IMG/VR virus record: IMGVR_UViG_3300044614_001923
DNA: 64,000 nt
Source: a virus
Taxonomy: Duplodnaviria; Caudoviricetes
Strand: one strand, 5' to 3'
Shown: positions 28,301-37,534 of the stretch, piece after piece
How positions within the stretch are numbered: position 1 is the first letter of the stretch
How the letters are laid out: each line of letters starts with the position of its first letter
Translations under genes and position numbers: made by a program
The notes under the pieces: generated by a model
What the model saw: the letters and a program-made list of their open reading frames with translations, nothing else
What the model was told of the DNA's origin: nothing
Database searches by the model: none

Positions 28301-30107
28301 CAGAGAATGATCCAGATCCAAGTTCTCTAAAGGTATTTTTCTCTACCTTAGTTCCAGAGAATATAGCAAGACCTGAAGTTGGAGGATTGACTCCAGTTTC
28401 TTCTGCAGCACCTGTGATTGCAGAGAAAGATCCAGATCCAAGTTCTCTAAAGGTATTCTTTTCTACCTTAGTACCAGAGAATATAGCAAGACCTGAAGTT
28501 GGAGGATTGACTCCTGTTTCTTCAGCGGCACCTGTGATTGCAGAGAGAGTACCAGATCCAAGTTCTCTAAAGGTATTTTTCTCTACCTTAGTACCAGAGA
28601 ACTCAGCGGAGCCCTCTGCTTTATGAATAAATTGAGTTAAGAATTCTGTAACTGCAGATCCAGATACCTGGATAGTTCCATAAGGATATGTTGTTTCATT
28701 AAATGGAGGATTTACAGATCCATAATCCTCATAAACGACTTGATCCGTAAGTAATCCATAATCATCATAATCTTGAATAACACTTATAACACCATGATCA
28801 TCGTATCCATCAAATATAAATATTGCTCTTTCATTATAAGAATAGGTATTCTTCTCTACTTTAGTACCAGAGAACTCAAAGAGAACTGTAGAATCTGGTG
28901 GGTTTGCTCCAACAACTTCAGCAGCACCTGTAATTGCAGAGAATGATCCAGAACCAATTTCCCTAAAGGAACTCTTCTCTACCTTAGTACCAAAGATTTC
29001 AAATAGTAAATTTTGATCTGGAGGATTGACTCCAGTTTCTTCCGCTGATCCAGAGAAGGTAGAGAAAGATCCAGATCCAAGTTCTCTAAAGGTATTCTTT
29101 TCTACCTTAGTACCAGAGAATATAGCAAGACCTGAAGTTGGAGGATTGACACCAGCAACCTCAGCAGCACCTGTAATTGCAGAGAATGATCCAGAACCAA
29201 TTTCCCTAAAGGTATTCTTTTCAACTTTGATTCCAGAAAACTCAGCAGATCCAGAACCTACATGGATAAATTGAGTTAAGAATTCTGTAACTGCAGATCC
29301 AGATACCTGGATAGTTCCATAAGGATAGGTTGTCTCATTAAATGGAGAGCTTAAAGTTCCATAGTCTTCATAAACAACTTGATCAGTAAGTAAACCATAA
29401 TCATCATAATCTTGTACAACGTTTATGAAACCATAATCATCGTATCCATCGAAGACAAATATCGCTCTCTCATTATAAGAATAAGTGTTCTTCTCTACTT
29501 TAGTACCAGAGAACTCAAAGAGAACTGTAGAATCTGGTGGGTTTGCTCCAACAACTTCTGCAGATCCAGAGAACGCAGAGAATGATCCAGATCCAATTTC
29601 CCTAAAGGAACTCTTCTCTACCTTAGTACCAGAAAAATCTCCAGATCCCTCTGCTTTATGAATATAAAGTAATTTTGGTTCATATAATGCAGATCCAGAG
29701 AACTCAATAGTTCCGTAAGGATATGCATCTCCAGTATAGTAAATATAACGATAGTCTAAAGCTTCAGTCTGATTATCTGCAATAGATCCATAATCAATAA
29801 AGGATGTTACAGTAGATCCTATGCTTCCATAGTCATCTGGCGACTGTGAAAGAATTATAGATCTTTCATTATAAGAATATGTCCGTTCTTCTAACGCATT
29901 ATCAAGATCAAATATGAATTTGCGCTGATCTTGATAATCTAAAAGTTCTTGTTGAGGTGTAAGTATAGATCCATAATCTTCTCGTTCTGTATCGGGAGAA
30001 GATACTAGACCTAAATTTACAGATTCTGTTGAAGATTGTGTTACTAAACCCCAATCTTCTTGAATATAATATTCAGGATATGAAAACGTCTTCAGGTTAA
30101 ATGTCAT
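25320..30107 (-). CDS. Giant repeat-built protein (1595 aa), probably virion-associated
   Basis: Dozens of ~40-aa units (GSGSFSAITGAAE..GVNPPDSTVLFEFSGTKVEKNTFREI) interspersed with acidic DYG-rich blocks. Confidence 0.7.
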   Translation of the reverse strand: MTFNLKTFSYPEYYIQEDWGLVTQSSTESVNLGLVSSPDTEREDYGSILTPQQELLDYQDQRKFIFDLDNALEERTYSYNERSIILSQSPDDYGSIGSTVTSFIDYGSIADNQTEALDYRYIYYTGDAYPYGTIEFSGSALYEPKLLYIHKAEGSGDFSGTKVEKSSFREIGSGSFSAFSGSAEVVGANPPDSTVLFEFSGTKVEKNTYSYNERAIFVFDGYDDYGFINVVQDYDDYGLLTDQVVYEDYGTLSSPFNETTYPYGTIQVSGSAVTEFLTQFIHVGSGSAEFSGIKVEKNTFREIGSGSFSAITGAAEVAGVNPPTSGLAIFSGTKVEKNTFRELGSGSFSTFSGSAEETGVNPPDQNLLFEIFGTKVEKSSFREIGSGSFSAITGAAEVVGANPPDSTVLFEFSGTKVEKNTYSYNERAIFIFDGYDDHGVISVIQDYDDYGLLTDQVVYEDYGSVNPPFNETTYPYGTIQVSGSAVTEFLTQFIHKAEGSAEFSGTKVEKNTFRELGSGTLSAITGAAEETGVNPPTSGLAIFSGTKVEKNTFRELGSGSFSAITGAAEETGVNPPTSGLAIFSGTKVEKNTFRELGSGSFSAITGAAEVAGVNPPDSTVLFEFSGTKVEKNTYSYNERSIILAQTPDDYGSIGSTATVFVDYGFIIDSELTTGVEDYRYIFNTADAYPFGTVEISGSALYEPKLLYVHKAEGSGDFSGTKVEKNTFRELGSGLFSAITGAAEVVGVNPPDSTVVLTFSGTKVEKSSLREIGSGSFSAITGAAEETGVNPPDSTVVLTFSGSASQSFIPSTEIGSGSFSAISGSAESRLVNPPDSTVLFEFSGTKVEKNTYSYNERAIFIFDGYDDHGIISVVQDYDDYGLLSDQVGYEDYGTLSSPFNETTYPYGTIQVSGSITQDVQVYVPYITGSGSVTFSGSAPQSFTPATEIGSGSFSAFSGSAEAIGVNPPDSTVLFNVSGTKVEKNTFREIGSGSATFSGTTIILSTPEWVGSGSAEFSGTKVEKNSFRELGSGTLSAITGAAESALVNPPDSTLLFNVSGTKVEKNTFREIGTGFVTISGSATNLQNRFVEIGSGSSTFSGSSTQSFTPATEIGSGSFSTIGGSAEATGVNPPDSTVLFEFSGSKVEKNTFSEIGSGSAEFSGEGTARKNPGFAGRGSSTFSGSAPQAFIPTAEIGSGSFSAFSGSAEATGVNPPDSTVLFEFSGSKVEKNTFSEIGSGSAEFSGEAIIALEALAIHVGEGSATFSGSAPQSFIPTTEIGSGSFSAFSGSAESTLVNPPDSTVLFEISGSYSNLKATYAHQGTGTLSVTGNAIQKSLPSYKGSGTLSAITGAAESTLINPPDSTVLFQVSGTKVEKNTFRELGSGSFSAIVGSVESIGANPPENTVLFEVSGTKVEKSTFREIGSGSVQVNGDSLNRPVFIYSGSGSATFSGSSTQSFTPATEIGSGSFSAIGGSAEVFGANPPENTVLFEFSGSKVEKNTFREIGSGSILFSGGITQNIQVYVPNITGSGIVSINETAIDKFRPNYKATGTIAIVGNGRESYTPTTEIGGGLIEINGVGVGTYIVYRQPYVFVTII
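28261..28602. repeat. Three near-identical 120-bp in-frame tandem repeats
   Basis: Units start at 28261, 28381 and 28501 with ggaggattga; in-frame 40-codon period. Confidence 0.85.
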
Positions 30108-30457
30108 CGTACTTTACCTGAAGCTAGATATGGAGATACTATTCTTTCAAGTCCATTTTCTATTTCAAATACTGTACCAAATCCAATCCAGGTCAAAATA
30201 ATCCCAAAGAAGACTATAGAATCTTCATTGAGATCTTCTATGCGAATAAAAATTGTAGTAAAGTTGTTTTTAGATGATCCCTTTATCTTAAAAGATTCTG
30301 TTTTTCCAGTAGAACAATACGAAAAAGAATTTGGAAGAGGTTTATCTTCCTCTTCATCTTCTAAATCATTATCTTTTTTTACGGGAATACTGCCACAATC
30401 TATGATTTCTGTTGGCAAATCAACTATACTGCCATAATCATCGGGAAAATTTTGCAC
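30104..30457 (-). CDS. Hypothetical protein sharing the DYG motif with the downstream giant protein
   Basis: FPDDYGSIVD...IDCGSI; ATGA overlap with the 1595-aa gene. Confidence 0.55.
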   Translation of the reverse strand: MQNFPDDYGSIVDLPTEIIDCGSIPVKKDNDLEDEEEDKPLPNSFSYCSTGKTESFKIKGSSKNNFTTIFIRIEDLNEDSIVFFGIILTWIGFGTVFEIENGLERIVSPYLASGKVR

Positions 30458-30480
30458 TCTCTACCCTCCATATGAAAATA

Positions 30481-30504
30481 GGGATTGCCCCCAAGAGCAA
30501 TCCC
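30481..30504 (-). terminator. Intrinsic terminator-like hairpin
   Basis: GGGATTGC-N8-GCAATCCC followed by a T-rich tract on the minus strand. Confidence 0.55.
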
Positions 30505-30536
30505 CAAAAACTAATCATATAATCTATAAGTATATA

Positions 30537-31583
30537 TCACTCAAGAGTTACGTTAAGAGTAACTTTAATTTCATCACCAGGGTTCTGAATTCTGTAAGGA
30601 CCATTTGTAAATCTTTCAGCGTAGAATACACTATTCAGAAGAGTTGCAGTTCCAGTACCATGAATAGCAGGAGTTGTAAAGAACTCTCTAAGTCCATTTA
30701 CGCTATGAACAGTATAGGTAGATGAAGTAATACCCCAGTTTGCGCCAGTGGTTGTTCCTGACTGATTACCTTGAATAAAGATTACATCTCCTGCAGCCAA
30801 TCCATGGTTTACAGATGTGCTGACCTTTGAGAAGTTAAATCTAACAGTTGATCCAGTAGCAACCTGAATGTTAGCAAGTAGAGGACTATCAAGATAAACA
30901 TATCCAGTCGCTCTGTCGACTCCAACAACCTGTGCGGTAGTAGCAATACCTACAGTGTTACCAGTAATTGCAAGGTGAGTCATTGCCATTCCGACAGTAA
31001 CTTCATCAACACCACCACTATTGATTTGAACGTAACGGTTTCCAATAACTCCAGTTACATCAGTTTTAGTAATAGCTGTTCCAGTACCAACAGTTGCGGC
31101 ATCTTGAACACCAAGTAGAGTAACAGGCATATTATTTGCTCTTGCAAGATAATATCCGTAGATGTAATCTGCGTTTGTATTCAGAGCAACGTCACCACTA
31201 AAGGTAAATGTTTGCTCTGGATATGTTGCAGTCACTGTAGTTCCACCAGTACCAGTTCTTCTAAGAACCCAGCGTGATCCATTTAATAGGATACCATAAT
31301 TTGATGTATAAGACTGATCACTTCTATTGTTTATGCAACTTGGATATCCAGTTACAGGTGCGGTTCCATAACCACATGAAGCAGCAGCTGCACCACCAGC
31401 ATATGGTTCATAATATTTGGTTCTGCTTGGTTCATCACCATCAGCAGGTGTAGTATTACTAGAATATAGTTTAAGAATTAAATTTCTTGGAGAAGTCTCA
31501 GAAAGGGTTGGCACATGATTATTTGCGCCAATCAGATATCTAAGTGATTCTACTTCACCAATAGCTGGTACTAACAGTGCCAT
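30537..31583 (-). CDS. Virion structural protein
   Basis: MALLVPAIGEVESLRYL...ATYPEQTFTF...YGYY...YAERFTNGPY.IQN.GD.IKVTLNVTL; late promoter GATAAATA at 31624-31631. Confidence 0.6.
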   Translation of the reverse strand: MALLVPAIGEVESLRYLIGANNHVPTLSETSPRNLILKLYSSNTTPADGDEPSRTKYYEPYAGGAAAASCGYGTAPVTGYPSCINNRSDQSYTSNYGILLNGSRWVLRRTGTGGTTVTATYPEQTFTFSGDVALNTNADYIYGYYLARANNMPVTLLGVQDAATVGTGTAITKTDVTGVIGNRYVQINSGGVDEVTVGMAMTHLAITGNTVGIATTAQVVGVDRATGYVYLDSPLLANIQVATGSTVRFNFSKVSTSVNHGLAAGDVIFIQGNQSGTTTGANWGITSSTYTVHSVNGLREFFTTPAIHGTGTATLLNSVFYAERFTNGPYRIQNPGDEIKVTLNVTLE

Positions 31584-31629
31584 CTAAAAATCTCCCTCGT
31601 TGGCTTTCGTGTTTAACTAAAGTTATTTA

Positions 31630-32334
31630 TCATAATTTCAATTTAAAGGATATTAGGAATTGCGTAATATCCACAGAATAATTTACCACAAATTTTATAA
31701 TATCCCCAGATAATATTGTAGTATTCCATCCAGTTAACGTATCATCAAATCCCTTATTTGTATTAGATATTGTAGGATAATTGCCAGAAACAATCGACGT
31801 AAAGGTAGGATAACTGGAATAATTTGATTTTTGAATATCAAGTTGAAGATTTCCAGGAGTTTCTGCAAATATCTTCCAAGAATCAATTATACCATTCACA
31901 TCAACTGTTAATAATCCTTTTTCACCTGGCGTCATATTTTGATTTCCGCTATCAACAATAAAATTGACAGTTCTAGTCAGATCAGCAGTTGTTACTAAAG
32001 CAATTACAAATATATCATCCGTTACAAGTGGAGGATTTGTAAAAATGATAGAACTTCCAGAAACAACAAAATCTTCTGAAGGTTCTAAGAAATAATTATT
32101 TTTCCCAACTAATAGTTGCTGATCATTGATTGGAGTATATGGTGTTCCATCATCATATAAAGAAAATGTCCTACCAATGCCATTAAATCCTGAAGAAATA
32201 TCGTCAAGAATAATATTATTATACTGTATTGATTTTGACGGAACTTCAAAGTTAACATCAACTCCATATTTTGGAGGAGTTGATACCGTAACTCTTTTCC
32301 TATTATGAGAAATGGTTACATCGTATTTTGTCAT
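31630..32334 (-). CDS. Virion structural/baseplate-associated protein
   Basis: ILDDISSGFNG...Q.P..DF.VSGS.I.FT.PP motif plus C-terminal beta domain. Confidence 0.55.
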   Translation of the reverse strand: MTKYDVTISHNRKRVTVSTPPKYGVDVNFEVPSKSIQYNNIILDDISSGFNGIGRTFSLYDDGTPYTPINDQQLLVGKNNYFLEPSEDFVVSGSSIIFTNPPLVTDDIFVIALVTTADLTRTVNFIVDSGNQNMTPGEKGLLTVDVNGIIDSWKIFAETPGNLQLDIQKSNYSSYPTFTSIVSGNYPTISNTNKGFDDTLTGWNTTILSGDIIKFVVNYSVDITQFLISFKLKL

Positions 32335-32666
32335 AGAGTAACTCCTGGATTAACTAAGATATTACCCTGTATTACTCTAGTTTTAAATCCAGTACCAGAT
32401 GTCAATAAAACGTCATACATATGCCTACCTTCTTTTAAGGTCTCAGTCACAGAACTTGCCATTGATACTGTAATTTCACCAGCAATTCTATCCACAAAAG
32501 TAACATCAAATGGATAGGAAGTTGTTGATCTTGGATGTTTTTTTAAAAAACATTCAGCAGTATAATCAGTCAAGTTTAAAGGAGTACCATCATCATTTCT
32601 GATGGTAAAATCAACGTCAAAGTCTGAACCTTGCTCAAGCACTAGATTTATATTAATTGCAGACAT
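32331..32666 (-). CDS. Small Ig-like virion protein (BppU-like)
   Basis: INLVLEQGSDF.VDFTI...LNLTDYTA...GEITVSM....T..LKEGR..YDVLL...RVIQG...V.PGVT. Confidence 0.55.
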   Translation of the reverse strand: MSAININLVLEQGSDFDVDFTIRNDDGTPLNLTDYTAECFLKKHPRSTTSYPFDVTFVDRIAGEITVSMASSVTETLKEGRHMYDVLLTSGTGFKTRVIQGNILVNPGVTL

Positions 32667-32698
32667 TAACCTTTTTTACTATTCTTATATCTTATTTA

Positions 32699-33070
32699 TT
32701 AAGTAGCATTGTTCCTTCTGCTGCCATAAGAATACAAATTTTTTGGTTTTTCTGGTTCCATCCATTCTAATATTTTTTGATATCTACCTAGATCAAAAAA
32801 ATACTGAGAGTTGTACCATACTTCCCATGAAGTGTGTCCTTTGTCATGGTTGCAAGTTCGGCAACAACAGACAACATTTTTAGTTTCATCTGGACCTCCT
32901 TTTGATTGAGGAACAACATGGTCCAGAGTTAAATTTTCAGTGGAACCACAATATGCACATTCGTGATTCCACCTTTCTTTTATACTTCGCCTCCACATTC
33001 GTTTTGCTTCTGATGAACTTGTAGTTTGAAGATTGTACAAGTACTGTCTCGGAGAAGCGAAGAGTTCCAT
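32699..33070 (-). CDS. HNH endonuclease (McrA-like)
   Basis: CAYCG...LTLDHVVPQSKGG....NVVCCCRTCNHDKG. Confidence 0.85.
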   Translation of the reverse strand: MELFASPRQYLYNLQTTSSSEAKRMWRRSIKERWNHECAYCGSTENLTLDHVVPQSKGGPDETKNVVCCCRTCNHDKGHTSWEVWYNSQYFFDLGRYQKILEWMEPEKPKNLYSYGSRRNNAT

Positions 33071-33104
33071 AAGATCTTGCGTCTTATGAGTATTTATTTA
33101 CTTT

Positions 33105-33425
33105 TCAAAATAAAAGAGGTTCCGATTGTCCTTCGGGTAACCATACTTGCTGCTGAAGATCTATGGGTGGAAGTTCTTCTTTTGCAGAAGGTAAACCTTG
33201 CTGTCCTGGAAGTTGCTTATCTGTGGTTGATGTTACAGTGATCACTTGATCCATAATGAATTTTTGTTTTCTATAAGATCTTTTATCTGGATCAAATTCA
33301 AACATCATTCTAGCATCCATTTCTTCACCACAGTGAGCAATCACTCTACCTGTAGTTTTTTCTATTACTACCCAATAATCATACATGATGCTGTTTAAGT
33401 TCTGGATTTGGTTGAGAAGGAACAA
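33105..33425 (-). CDS. Hypothetical protein
   Basis: MYDYWVV..KTTGRVIAHCGEE.DA; likely start at MYDYW. Confidence 0.55.
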   Translation of the reverse strand: MFLLNQIQNLNSIMYDYWVVIEKTTGRVIAHCGEEMDARMMFEFDPDKRSYRKQKFIMDQVITVTSTTDKQLPGQQGLPSAKEELPPIDLQQQVWLPEGQSEPLLF

Positions 33426-33636
33426 CAGGATTCCTCGATTTGTTTTTAATTACAATAAAAGCATCATTTTGATAGGACACCGTTCCAAATGGTTTTGCCC
33501 ACTTAGGATTTGCATCTGGGTTTGTAGCAGTTCCTGTGACTGCTACACCACCAATCTCAACAGAGATTTCATCATTGGCGTCCCATCCAAGTTTTTCAAG
33601 GGCAAGAGCAAACTGCCCAAGCATTCCAGCAGTCAC
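33379..33636 (-). CDS. Hypothetical protein
   Basis: [24 protein letters not shown]; ATGA overlap with petF. Confidence 0.6.
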   Translation of the reverse strand: MTAGMLGQFALALEKLGWDANDEISVEIGGVAVTGTATNPDANPKWAKPFGTVSYQNDAFIVIKNKSRNPVVPSQPNPELKQHHV

Positions 33637-33926
33637 AGATTTTCCTCTTGTTCAGTTAGAATTACACAGTCGCTAGTAGGATATGCTACACAAGTCAGCA
33701 CCCATCCTTCAGCAATTTGATCATCATCTAGGAAAGATTGTTCTTCATTATCCACTGTGCCACTAATCAGTTTACCAGCACAAGCACTACAGGCGCCTGC
33801 CTTACAGGATGAAGGGAGGTCAACACCTGCCTCTTCTGCTGCCTCAAGAATATATTGATCATCGGGACACTGAATAGTGGTTTCAGTACCGTCAGGAGAT
33901 TGAAGAGTAACGTTGTAAGTAGTCAT
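33633..33926 (-). CDS. petF: Plant-type [2Fe-2S] ferredoxin
   Basis: [16 protein letters not shown]...[12 protein letters not shown]...[11 protein letters not shown]. Confidence 0.95.
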   Translation of the reverse strand: MTTYNVTLQSPDGTETTIQCPDDQYILEAAEEAGVDLPSSCKAGACSACAGKLISGTVDNEEQSFLDDDQIAEGWVLTCVAYPTSDCVILTEQEENL

Positions 33927-33934
33927 TTTTAATA

Positions 33935-34594
33935 TCAGTTAGTAGTAGAGTTAATAGATTCCCAATCTTTTTGGAAGATTTCAAGACCTTTATCAGTCAA
34001 GACATGCTTGTACATTTCCCAAAAAACATTAGGTGGGATAGTGGCAACTTGAGCACCTTCATGGAATGCCGTAGAAACTTGATGAGCATTTCTGATAGAT
34101 GCAGCAAGAACCATAGTTGGGCATCCATGAATACGATAAACGTTGGCAATGCCAGAGACAAGATCCATTCCACTGAAGGAATTATCATCAAGTCTTCCAA
34201 CAAAAGGAGAAACATAAGTTGCTCCTGCTTTTGCAGCTAAGACAGACTGAGCTGCTGAAAAAATAAGAGTTACGTTTGTTGTGATTTGTTCTTTAGATAA
34301 TTGTCGACAAACTTTTAAACCATCTATAGTGCATGGAACTTTAATTGTAACATTGTTTGAAATTTTATGAAGATCATATGCTTGGGTAAGCATATCTTCT
34401 ACAGTATCTGCAACAACTTCTGCAGAAATACTTACAAGATCAGGAAACTCAGAGGCAATCTCTTTAATTACTTGATCATATTTTTTTCCACTCCTAGCAA
34501 CTAAAGTTGGATTTGTGGTGACTCCATCAATTAATCCTGTATCATATGCTTTGGCAATTTGCACTACATCAGCAGTGTCAAGAAAAATTCTCAT
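33935..34594 (-). CDS. talC: TalC-type transaldolase
   Basis: MRIFLDTAD...[10 protein letters not shown]...IKVPCT...[27 protein letters not shown]...AASIR. Confidence 0.93.
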   Translation of the reverse strand: MRIFLDTADVVQIAKAYDTGLIDGVTTNPTLVARSGKKYDQVIKEIASEFPDLVSISAEVVADTVEDMLTQAYDLHKISNNVTIKVPCTIDGLKVCRQLSKEQITTNVTLIFSAAQSVLAAKAGATYVSPFVGRLDDNSFSGMDLVSGIANVYRIHGCPTMVLAASIRNAHQVSTAFHEGAQVATIPPNVFWEMYKHVLTDKGLEIFQKDWESINSTTN

Positions 34595-34665
34595 GTCTAA
34601 AACTAAACTCCATCTAATTATAACAGAAAAAAGTTAATACGCAAATAAATGTCATGAAATAATGA

Positions 34666-35214
34666 TCAAACTAAAAGACCTTTAAGTAGATGTGTTGCCT
34701 CAGAAAACCTATCAACATAATGAATGAGTTTTATTTCCTCATTATTCATAAATCCATTATCTAACATTTCATCCTCAATCCAATGCTTCAATGTTCTCCA
34801 CATTCTACCAACACAAATGATTGGTTTTCTATCAATATGATTTACTTGAACTAACTGATAGATCATTGCCATTTCAAGAAGAGTTCCAATGCCACCAGGA
34901 GTTACAATAAAAGCATCACAATTAGCAAAGGTTTTCAACCTCGAGTAAAATGTTTGATGCTTTTCATATTCCTGAACATAAGGATTTACGTCATCTTCAA
35001 ATGGAAGATAGATTGCTTCAGCGACAGAGCAAAGTGAATTTTCTGAGCAGGCACTCATTGCTCCCTTATTAGCTGCTTCCATAGTTCCTGGACCACCCCC
35101 AGTAACTACTACCCATCCCTCAGATGCAATATTTTTTCCAAGTTTTTCTACAGCATTATAAAGACCAGAATCAGGACTTGTTCTTGCCGATCCAAAGATT
35201 GCTACTTTTTTCAT
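34666..35214 (-). CDS. LOG/SLOG-family nucleotide monophosphate phosphoribohydrolase
   Basis: VAIFGSAR, TGGGPGTMEAANKGA, PGGIGTLLE (PGGxGTxxE). Confidence 0.8.
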   Translation of the reverse strand: MKKVAIFGSARTSPDSGLYNAVEKLGKNIASEGWVVVTGGGPGTMEAANKGAMSACSENSLCSVAEAIYLPFEDDVNPYVQEYEKHQTFYSRLKTFANCDAFIVTPGGIGTLLEMAMIYQLVQVNHIDRKPIICVGRMWRTLKHWIEDEMLDNGFMNNEEIKLIHYVDRFSEATHLLKGLLV

Positions 35215-35218
35215 AAGA

Positions 35219-35377
35219 TTAAATTTTATTTTTTACTTTATCATGTTTTTTAGAACATGCATCTCTTGCCCACAATCTAGATAAACTATTCACATAAGAA
35301 CAAGATTTCTTAGATTTTCCACAATAAGGGCACTTTTCATCTGGAGGATCACTAATATATCCATCAGGAGTATACAT
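35219..35377 (-). CDS. Small Cys-rich protein (52 aa)
   Basis: Hand-translated MYTPDGYISDPPDEKCPYCGKSKKSCSYVNSLSRLWARDACSKKH...; AAGGA RBS. Confidence 0.5.
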   Translation of the reverse strand: MYTPDGYISDPPDEKCPYCGKSKKSCSYVNSLSRLWARDACSKKHDKVKNKI

Positions 35378-35535
35378 CCTTTTTCTTTTTTGATTCTCTA
35401 ATTATTTAAGTTTTCTTATGTTCATTTTGATTTTTCTTATTATAAGACACTTTAACAGGTCTATAAAGTTGTGGCCAAGTGTCTCTAATAATCTCAGCAA
35501 GTTTATAAGGTGTTTCTGAACTAATCATTAAAAAA

Positions 35536-35551
35536 GGGAGGTCTCCCTCCC
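35536..35551 (-). terminator. psbD terminator
   Basis: GGGAGG/CCTCCC hairpin followed by a T-tract on the minus strand. Confidence 0.65.
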
Positions 35552-35557
35552 AGTATA

Positions 35558-36619
35558 TCATAGAGCGTTACCTCTAGGCAAGACTTCCTCTGGGAACACA
35601 AAGTTCTCATGAGGTTGGTCTACTGGAGCCATCCAAGCACGAAGTCCTTCGTTGAGTAGAATGTTCTTTGTATAGAACGTTTCAAACTCAGGATCTTCTG
35701 CTGCTCGGATCTCCTGACTTACAAAGTCGTAAGCACGAAGATTAAGAGCCAGACCAATAATACCAATGCTACTAGTCCATAACCCCATGACAGGTACAAA
35801 CAACATGAAAAAATGAAGCCAACGCTTATTACTAAAAGCAATGCCGAAAATCTGTGACCAAAAACGATTTGCTGTAACCATCGAATAGGTCTCTTCCTCT
35901 TGCGTAGGTTCAAATGCTTTGAAAGTGTTTGCTTGATCACTATCTTCAAATAAAGTGTTTTCTACAGTTGCTCCATGAATTGCACAGAGCAATGCTCCTC
36001 CCAGTATACCAGCAACTCCCATCATATGGAAGGGGTTGAGTGTCCAGTTATGGAAACCCTGAAGGAACAGAAGGAACCTGAAGATAGCAGCAACACCAAA
36101 TGAAGGTGCAAAGAACCAACTGGATTGTCCCAGTGGATACATCAAGAATACAGAAACGAATACTGCGATAGGACCAGAGAATGCGATTGCGTTATAAGGA
36201 CGGATGCCTACAAGACGGGCAATCTCAAACTGACGCAGCATGAATCCAATCAAACTAAAGGCGCCGTGGAGTGCCACAAAAGTCCAGAGTCCCCCAAGTT
36301 GGAACCACCTGACGATATCCCCTTGAGCCTCAGGACCCCAGAGCAGAAGAAGAGAATGACCCATAGAATCTGCTGGAGTACTAACTGCCGCAGTAAGAAA
36401 GTTTGCACCCTCAAGATAGGAGGATACAATTCCATGAGTGTACCAACTCGTAACGAAAGTTGTCCCAGTAAGCCAACCACCAAGAGCAAGATAAGCTGTG
36501 GGAAAAAGAAGAAGTCCAGACCAGCCAACAAAAACGAAACGGTCTCTTTTAAGCCAGTCATCGAGTACATCAAACCATCCTCGTTGTGAAATAGGTTGTG
36601 AAAGTGTTGAAGAAGTCAT
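35558..36619 (-). CDS. psbD: Photosystem II D2 protein
   Basis: [23 protein letters not shown]...[10 protein letters not shown]; start set at MTSSTL (GGAGG RBS) rather than the track start at 36673; no intron. Confidence 0.97.
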   Translation of the reverse strand: MTSSTLSQPISQRGWFDVLDDWLKRDRFVFVGWSGLLLFPTAYLALGGWLTGTTFVTSWYTHGIVSSYLEGANFLTAAVSTPADSMGHSLLLLWGPEAQGDIVRWFQLGGLWTFVALHGAFSLIGFMLRQFEIARLVGIRPYNAIAFSGPIAVFVSVFLMYPLGQSSWFFAPSFGVAAIFRFLLFLQGFHNWTLNPFHMMGVAGILGGALLCAIHGATVENTLFEDSDQANTFKAFEPTQEEETYSMVTANRFWSQIFGIAFSNKRWLHFFMLFVPVMGLWTSSIGIIGLALNLRAYDFVSQEIRAAEDPEFETFYTKNILLNEGLRAWMAPVDQPHENFVFPEEVLPRGNAL

Positions 36620-36639
36620 AGCCTCCATTGTATTTCTCA

Positions 36640-36673
36640 TATTTATGTTAACATTCCTTAACAAAAGAGTCAA
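36640..36673 (-). promoter_or_regulatory. Composite psbD promoter (sigma70 plus late)
   Basis: TTGACT-N17-TAACAT (36673-36645) overlapped by CATAAATA (36647-36640). Confidence 0.6.
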
Positions 36674-36682
36674 TGAGTCTTT

Positions 36683-37471
36683 CTACTCAAAGAAATTATC
36701 AAGAGGGAAAAATGATGAGATACGTCGTTGCGCCATATCAATATACTCTTGATGAATCTCAATTCCAAGATAATGACGTTTAAGATCAATACATGAAATA
36801 GCAGTCGTCCCACTGCCCATAAAAGGATCTAAAACTACGTCACCAACGTAGGAATAGTATTTTACAATTTTATCGCTAAGTTCTTTTGGATATGGGGCAA
36901 GATGTTTGGATGCAGTTTCTGGGTTTATCTTCCAAACATTGGATCTCTCATATTCTTCCTTAACCAAAGAACTTTCCAATATATCCCCACCATATGATCT
37001 AACAACTTTATCAATTAAAAAGTCTGCTGGCTTTTGAAAGATAAAAATTGTTTCAGTTACAATATTTGGTTTATATGCAACAGGTTTGCGGTGCTGATAA
37101 AACCCACCATTACGATTAATTGATGCCCCTTCTGGTTTCAACCAGACAATATCATCAATATACTTCCATCCCATAGACTCCATCAAGGAAAAAAAATGAA
37201 ATGGAATAGCAAGTCTTTTACTTTCATGTGATCGAGACTGTCTTGCCTCAATTACAGGAGACAAATTGACAGCACACATTCTTCCTGGTTTAGTAACTCT
37301 TAAAACTTCTTTAAAGACATCAGAAAGAAACTGCAAATATTCACCATATGTTGGCCAAATAGAATATGATCTAGCATTATAATATGGAGGAGAAGTGCAT
37401 GTCAGATGTACGCTTTCTTCCCCAAGAGTTTTTAAAATTTTAGAACAGTCGCCAAGAAGAATTTGATCCAT
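36683..37471 (-). CDS. Orphan N4-cytosine/N6-adenine DNA methyltransferase (beta class)
   Basis: TSPPY catalytic motif N-terminal, VLDPFMGSGTT SAM motif C-terminal, H.APYP..L. Confidence 0.88.
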   Translation of the reverse strand: MDQILLGDCSKILKTLGEESVHLTCTSPPYYNARSYSIWPTYGEYLQFLSDVFKEVLRVTKPGRMCAVNLSPVIEARQSRSHESKRLAIPFHFFSLMESMGWKYIDDIVWLKPEGASINRNGGFYQHRKPVAYKPNIVTETIFIFQKPADFLIDKVVRSYGGDILESSLVKEEYERSNVWKINPETASKHLAPYPKELSDKIVKYYSYVGDVVLDPFMGSGTTAISCIDLKRHYLGIEIHQEYIDMAQRRISSFFPLDNFFE

Positions 37472-37492
37472 TCAATACAACGAGAAGTAAAT

Positions 37493-37521
37493 ATTTTAAC
37501 AATAATTAAAGTAAGTGTCAA
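37493..37521 (-). promoter_or_regulatory. sigma70 promoter for the methyltransferase
   Basis: TTGACA-N17-TAAAAT. Confidence 0.65.
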
Positions 37522-37534
37522 ATTGTCTTATCCG

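Noticed and set aside
25622-29274. Numerous antisense and alternate-frame ORFs within the repeat gene (similar ones over psbA, psbD, the porin and gnd)
   Set aside because: Shadows of biased codon usage and repeats; no independent promoters, RBS or motifs.
25320-30107. Regularly spaced repeats suggesting a CRISPR array
   Set aside because: Units are 120 bp or longer, in-frame and degenerate at synonymous sites, with no unique spacers and no cas operon. They are protein-coding repeats.
32699-33070. HNH gene as a mobile homing element or restriction partner of the MTase
   Set aside because: Short McrA-like HNH, 3.6 kb from the MTase, with no intron or insertion-site evidence. Kept as a plain CDS.
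35219-35377. Possible fusion of the Cys-rich peptide to the LOG gene
   Set aside because: Recounting the A-run shows an in-frame TAA at 35219-35221 and no stimulatory structure.
36620-36673. N-terminal extension of PsbD in the ORF track
   Set aside because: The track start is the TTG of the -35 box; the GGAGG RBS supports ATG 36619.
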